Shown: piece by piece, positions 60,211 to 64,000 of the stretch
Layout of the letters: each line of letters begins with the position of its first letter
How positions within the stretch are numbered: the first letter of the stretch is position 1
NCBI RefSeq assembly: GCF_009914755.1
Contig: NC_060947.1
Reading direction: 5' to 3' (one strand)
Source of the DNA: the human T2T-CHM13v2.0 reference genome, Homo sapiens
Length of the DNA stretch: 64,000 nucleotides
Program-made: the position numbers and the translations under genes
Notes under the pieces: model-generated
What the model saw: the letters and a program-made list of their open reading frames with translations, nothing else
What the model was told of the DNA's origin: nothing
Database searches by the model: none

Positions 60211-60769
60211 CCTACCTATTTCTTTCTAGATTGTTTTGAAGCAAATCTTAGTTCCATCTGTAAATACTTAAGTATGTGTCTGTAGTGTCTGTCTCAAAAC
60301 ATGATCATGATACCATTATGTTTTTTTAAAATTGCTTAATATCAAATATCTCTGTCAGTGTTTGAATTTACCGAGTTATCTCATAACTGGTTTTTACTGA
60401 TATTTTTTAAAAATAAGATTCAGTTGAGGTCCATTTACCACAAATGGTTGGTAATGATCTTGATTATTCATCTGTTTCTTTTTTCCCTTTACAATTATGG
60501 GGGAATCGGAGGACAAATAGTTTAGCATGTAAATTTTCCCACAGTCTGAATTTTGTTGATGGAATCCCTGTGGTCGTTTATTATTTTCTGTTTTTCTTGG
60601 TCACCTGCATCTTCTATAAACACCTTATGAGATCTAGAGGCTTGATCAGATTGTGGTATTATTTTTCTTTTTGTGGAATGGATAGGCAACGCTACTTCAT
60701 AGGGGATAATGTTTATCTCCATGAGGAGTGACATTATAATGTCTGTCTTCTTATGATGTTAACAGCAAT

Positions 60770-61446
<677 letters not shown>

Positions 61447-62056
61447 TAACAATATTTTATTTTTTCATTTAATAGCTAGAAAAGATCTATAAAGGGAAAA
61501 TTGCCCTCACCATTTTCTTTTTAAGTTAGAAAACTCAGATTACATTTTTATCTTGTTTCCTTTGACTTTAAGTCAGTACTACGTCATGCACTGTGCTAAA
61601 ATAACTACAGTACAACCACGTAACTCTTACTGTGTATGAAAAGGGGTATAATTCTTTATAGCAGTGAGGTTTGGTTTGTTTTGTTTTGTAAGTAATCCTC
61701 CTTGGAATCCCTTCAAGGTGCTTCCCGGCCAGCTGAGAGGAGCGGGGAACGAAGGGTCACCTGATACTCTGATCCGCCTTCCCTTCTTCTGACAAAGCAG
61801 TATAAATTTCTTTTCCTCCCCTAACTAGGCCCTCTACTTACTCTGTACTAGTGTCTTGCGTGGACCACCCTCCCTCCCATCTCTCATTTTGCTTTTAGTC
61901 CCGTCACCCAGCATACCATTCTCCCTCCTCTCTGACTATTTCAGTTCTGTCTTCTTTCCCTAGGTTATTCCAATTCCATCTCTGCCTTAAGGCTATTTTA
62001 GCATTTCTGTTTATGCTCTTCCAAACTGAAGAACACAAACAGAGGCTTATACTGGG

Positions 62057-62342
62057 TTTTTTTTTTTTTTGAGACAGAGTCTCACTCTGTGGCCCAGGCT
62101 AGAGTGCAGTGGTGTGATCTCGGCTCACGGTAACCTCTGCCCGCTGGGTTCAAGCAATTCTCCTGTCTTGGTAGCTGGGATTACAGGCGCCTGCCACCAT
62201 GCCCAGCTAATTTTTGTATTTTTAGTAGAGACTGGGTTTCACCATATTCATCAGGCTGGTCTTGAACTCCTGACTTCAGGTGATCCACCCGCCTCAGCCT
62301 CCCAAAGTGCTGGGATTACAGGCGAGAGCCACTGCGCCCAGC
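62057..62342 (-). mobile_element. Alu (AluS-like)
   Basis: TSD gaggctta. Confidence 0.92.
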
Positions 62343-62640
62343 TGAGGCTTACACTTTTTAAACTTTCGTCTTGTCATTCAGTTACAATTTTTTCTCTTGT
62401 AATGCCTTTGCTTTTTTGACTTTTCAGTTACTCGCTGTGCTAGTGGAGCTCGGTTTGTATAGACTAGCACTTTGGATTATCCACACTTTAGACACATAAT
62501 CTACTCTTGACACAAGCGGGTTAGTTAACTACACTTCCTCACCCCACTCTTTTATTTTGAAAAGTTTCAAACCTACAGAAAAGATGAAGAAGAGGTATAA
62601 TTATCACCTTTATGTTATATTCTTTATGCGGTTTTACTAA

Positions 62641-63026
<386 letters not shown>

Positions 63027-64000
63027 TTTTTTCTTAAGTTGATAGTGAAGTTGCAAACAGGACGCTTCACCCCTTCATACTTCAACATATATCTTATAAG
63101 AGATCATATATCAGAATAAGGCAATTTTCCTACTTATGTATGATACAGTTATATCCAAGTAATATAATAACGATTTTTAATCTCTAATATTCATCAGTAT
63201 ATATTCCGATTTCCCAAAAGTGGTCTTTATAACTTATCTCTCTATCCCAATCTGATACTCATGAAGGAATCACAAGGATTTGGCTGTTAGCTCTTTAGTT
63301 GCCTTTTATGTAAAATAATCTCCCTAACTTGTGACTTGTATCGCACTGAAATTTTTAAAGAATCCAGGCCAGTTGTCTTGCAGAATGTGTTTTTTGATTT
63401 GTGTGATTGTTTCCTGATGATTAGCTTTATGTTAAATGTTGAGGGGGTGGGGGCAATAAAACTACATAATTGATGTTTTGTGTTTCTCACTGCACTGTAT
63501 TGGGAGGCATGTGTTATCCACTTAATTATTAAGTGATATTAATTTTGATTTCTTGGTGTCTTAACAGATCTCTCCTTTATAAAGGGTACCTTTTCCCTTT
63601 TGAAATTAGTTGATTACATGTTTGAAAGTTTGAGGAGTTGAATATGGTTTGAAAGTAAATAGAACGGACTGGTGTAATTTCCAGTAATGAAACAAGCTGA
63701 TTTTTAACAAATAATATATTTGATTTTAAACTTACTGTATACAAATTTTTACTTGTGTAAAATATAATAGAGATCAGATTATTTGCTATGTAGAAAAGGT
63801 TTTTACAAAAGTATAAACAGACAGTTCTTGCATACTTTAAAATGTCATTTCTTGCTTAGAACAAATACACTTAAATTCTCTATATACATTATTCTGTATA
63901 TACAAAATCAGGTATTATTGATAGTTTCCAGCAGTGCCTGAGTTTTAGCAGTATGAGTTCTCATTTTTGTGGTATGTAGTGATGGTGTCTTTTCTTAGAT

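Overview
This is AT-rich, Alu-dense primate (most likely human chrX) genomic DNA lying entirely inside USP9X, the FAF-X/FAM deubiquitinase, on the + strand. I traced 21 consecutive GT-AG coding exons (2396-59513) that splice into one uninterrupted frame. If the Cys-box cysteine at 55173-55175 is taken as the established catalytic Cys1566, they cover residues ~474-1672: helical N-terminal scaffold, ubiquitin-like domain, Ser-rich linker and the start of the USP catalytic domain. Exon numbers (~12-32) come from recalled RefSeq structure and are approximate. The introns hold ~35 Alu/FLAM copies, old L1 and L2/MIR fragments, hAT and Tigger DNA-transposon fossils and one MaLR LTR remnant; repeat subfamily calls were made by eye. 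Most ORFs in the supplied track are repeat-derived noise. I found no new gene system. The most unusual signals are templated-DNA-repair-like scars: a 74-bp copy of downstream intron inserted into an Alu with junction microhomology, two fold-back micro-inversions, and an Alu monomer inserted into a palindrome. Also notable are in-frame upstream alternative acceptors at exons ~14 and ~31, an in-frame strong-Kozak ATG just before the catalytic-domain exon, a strong CTCF motif, and a poly-C acceptor.
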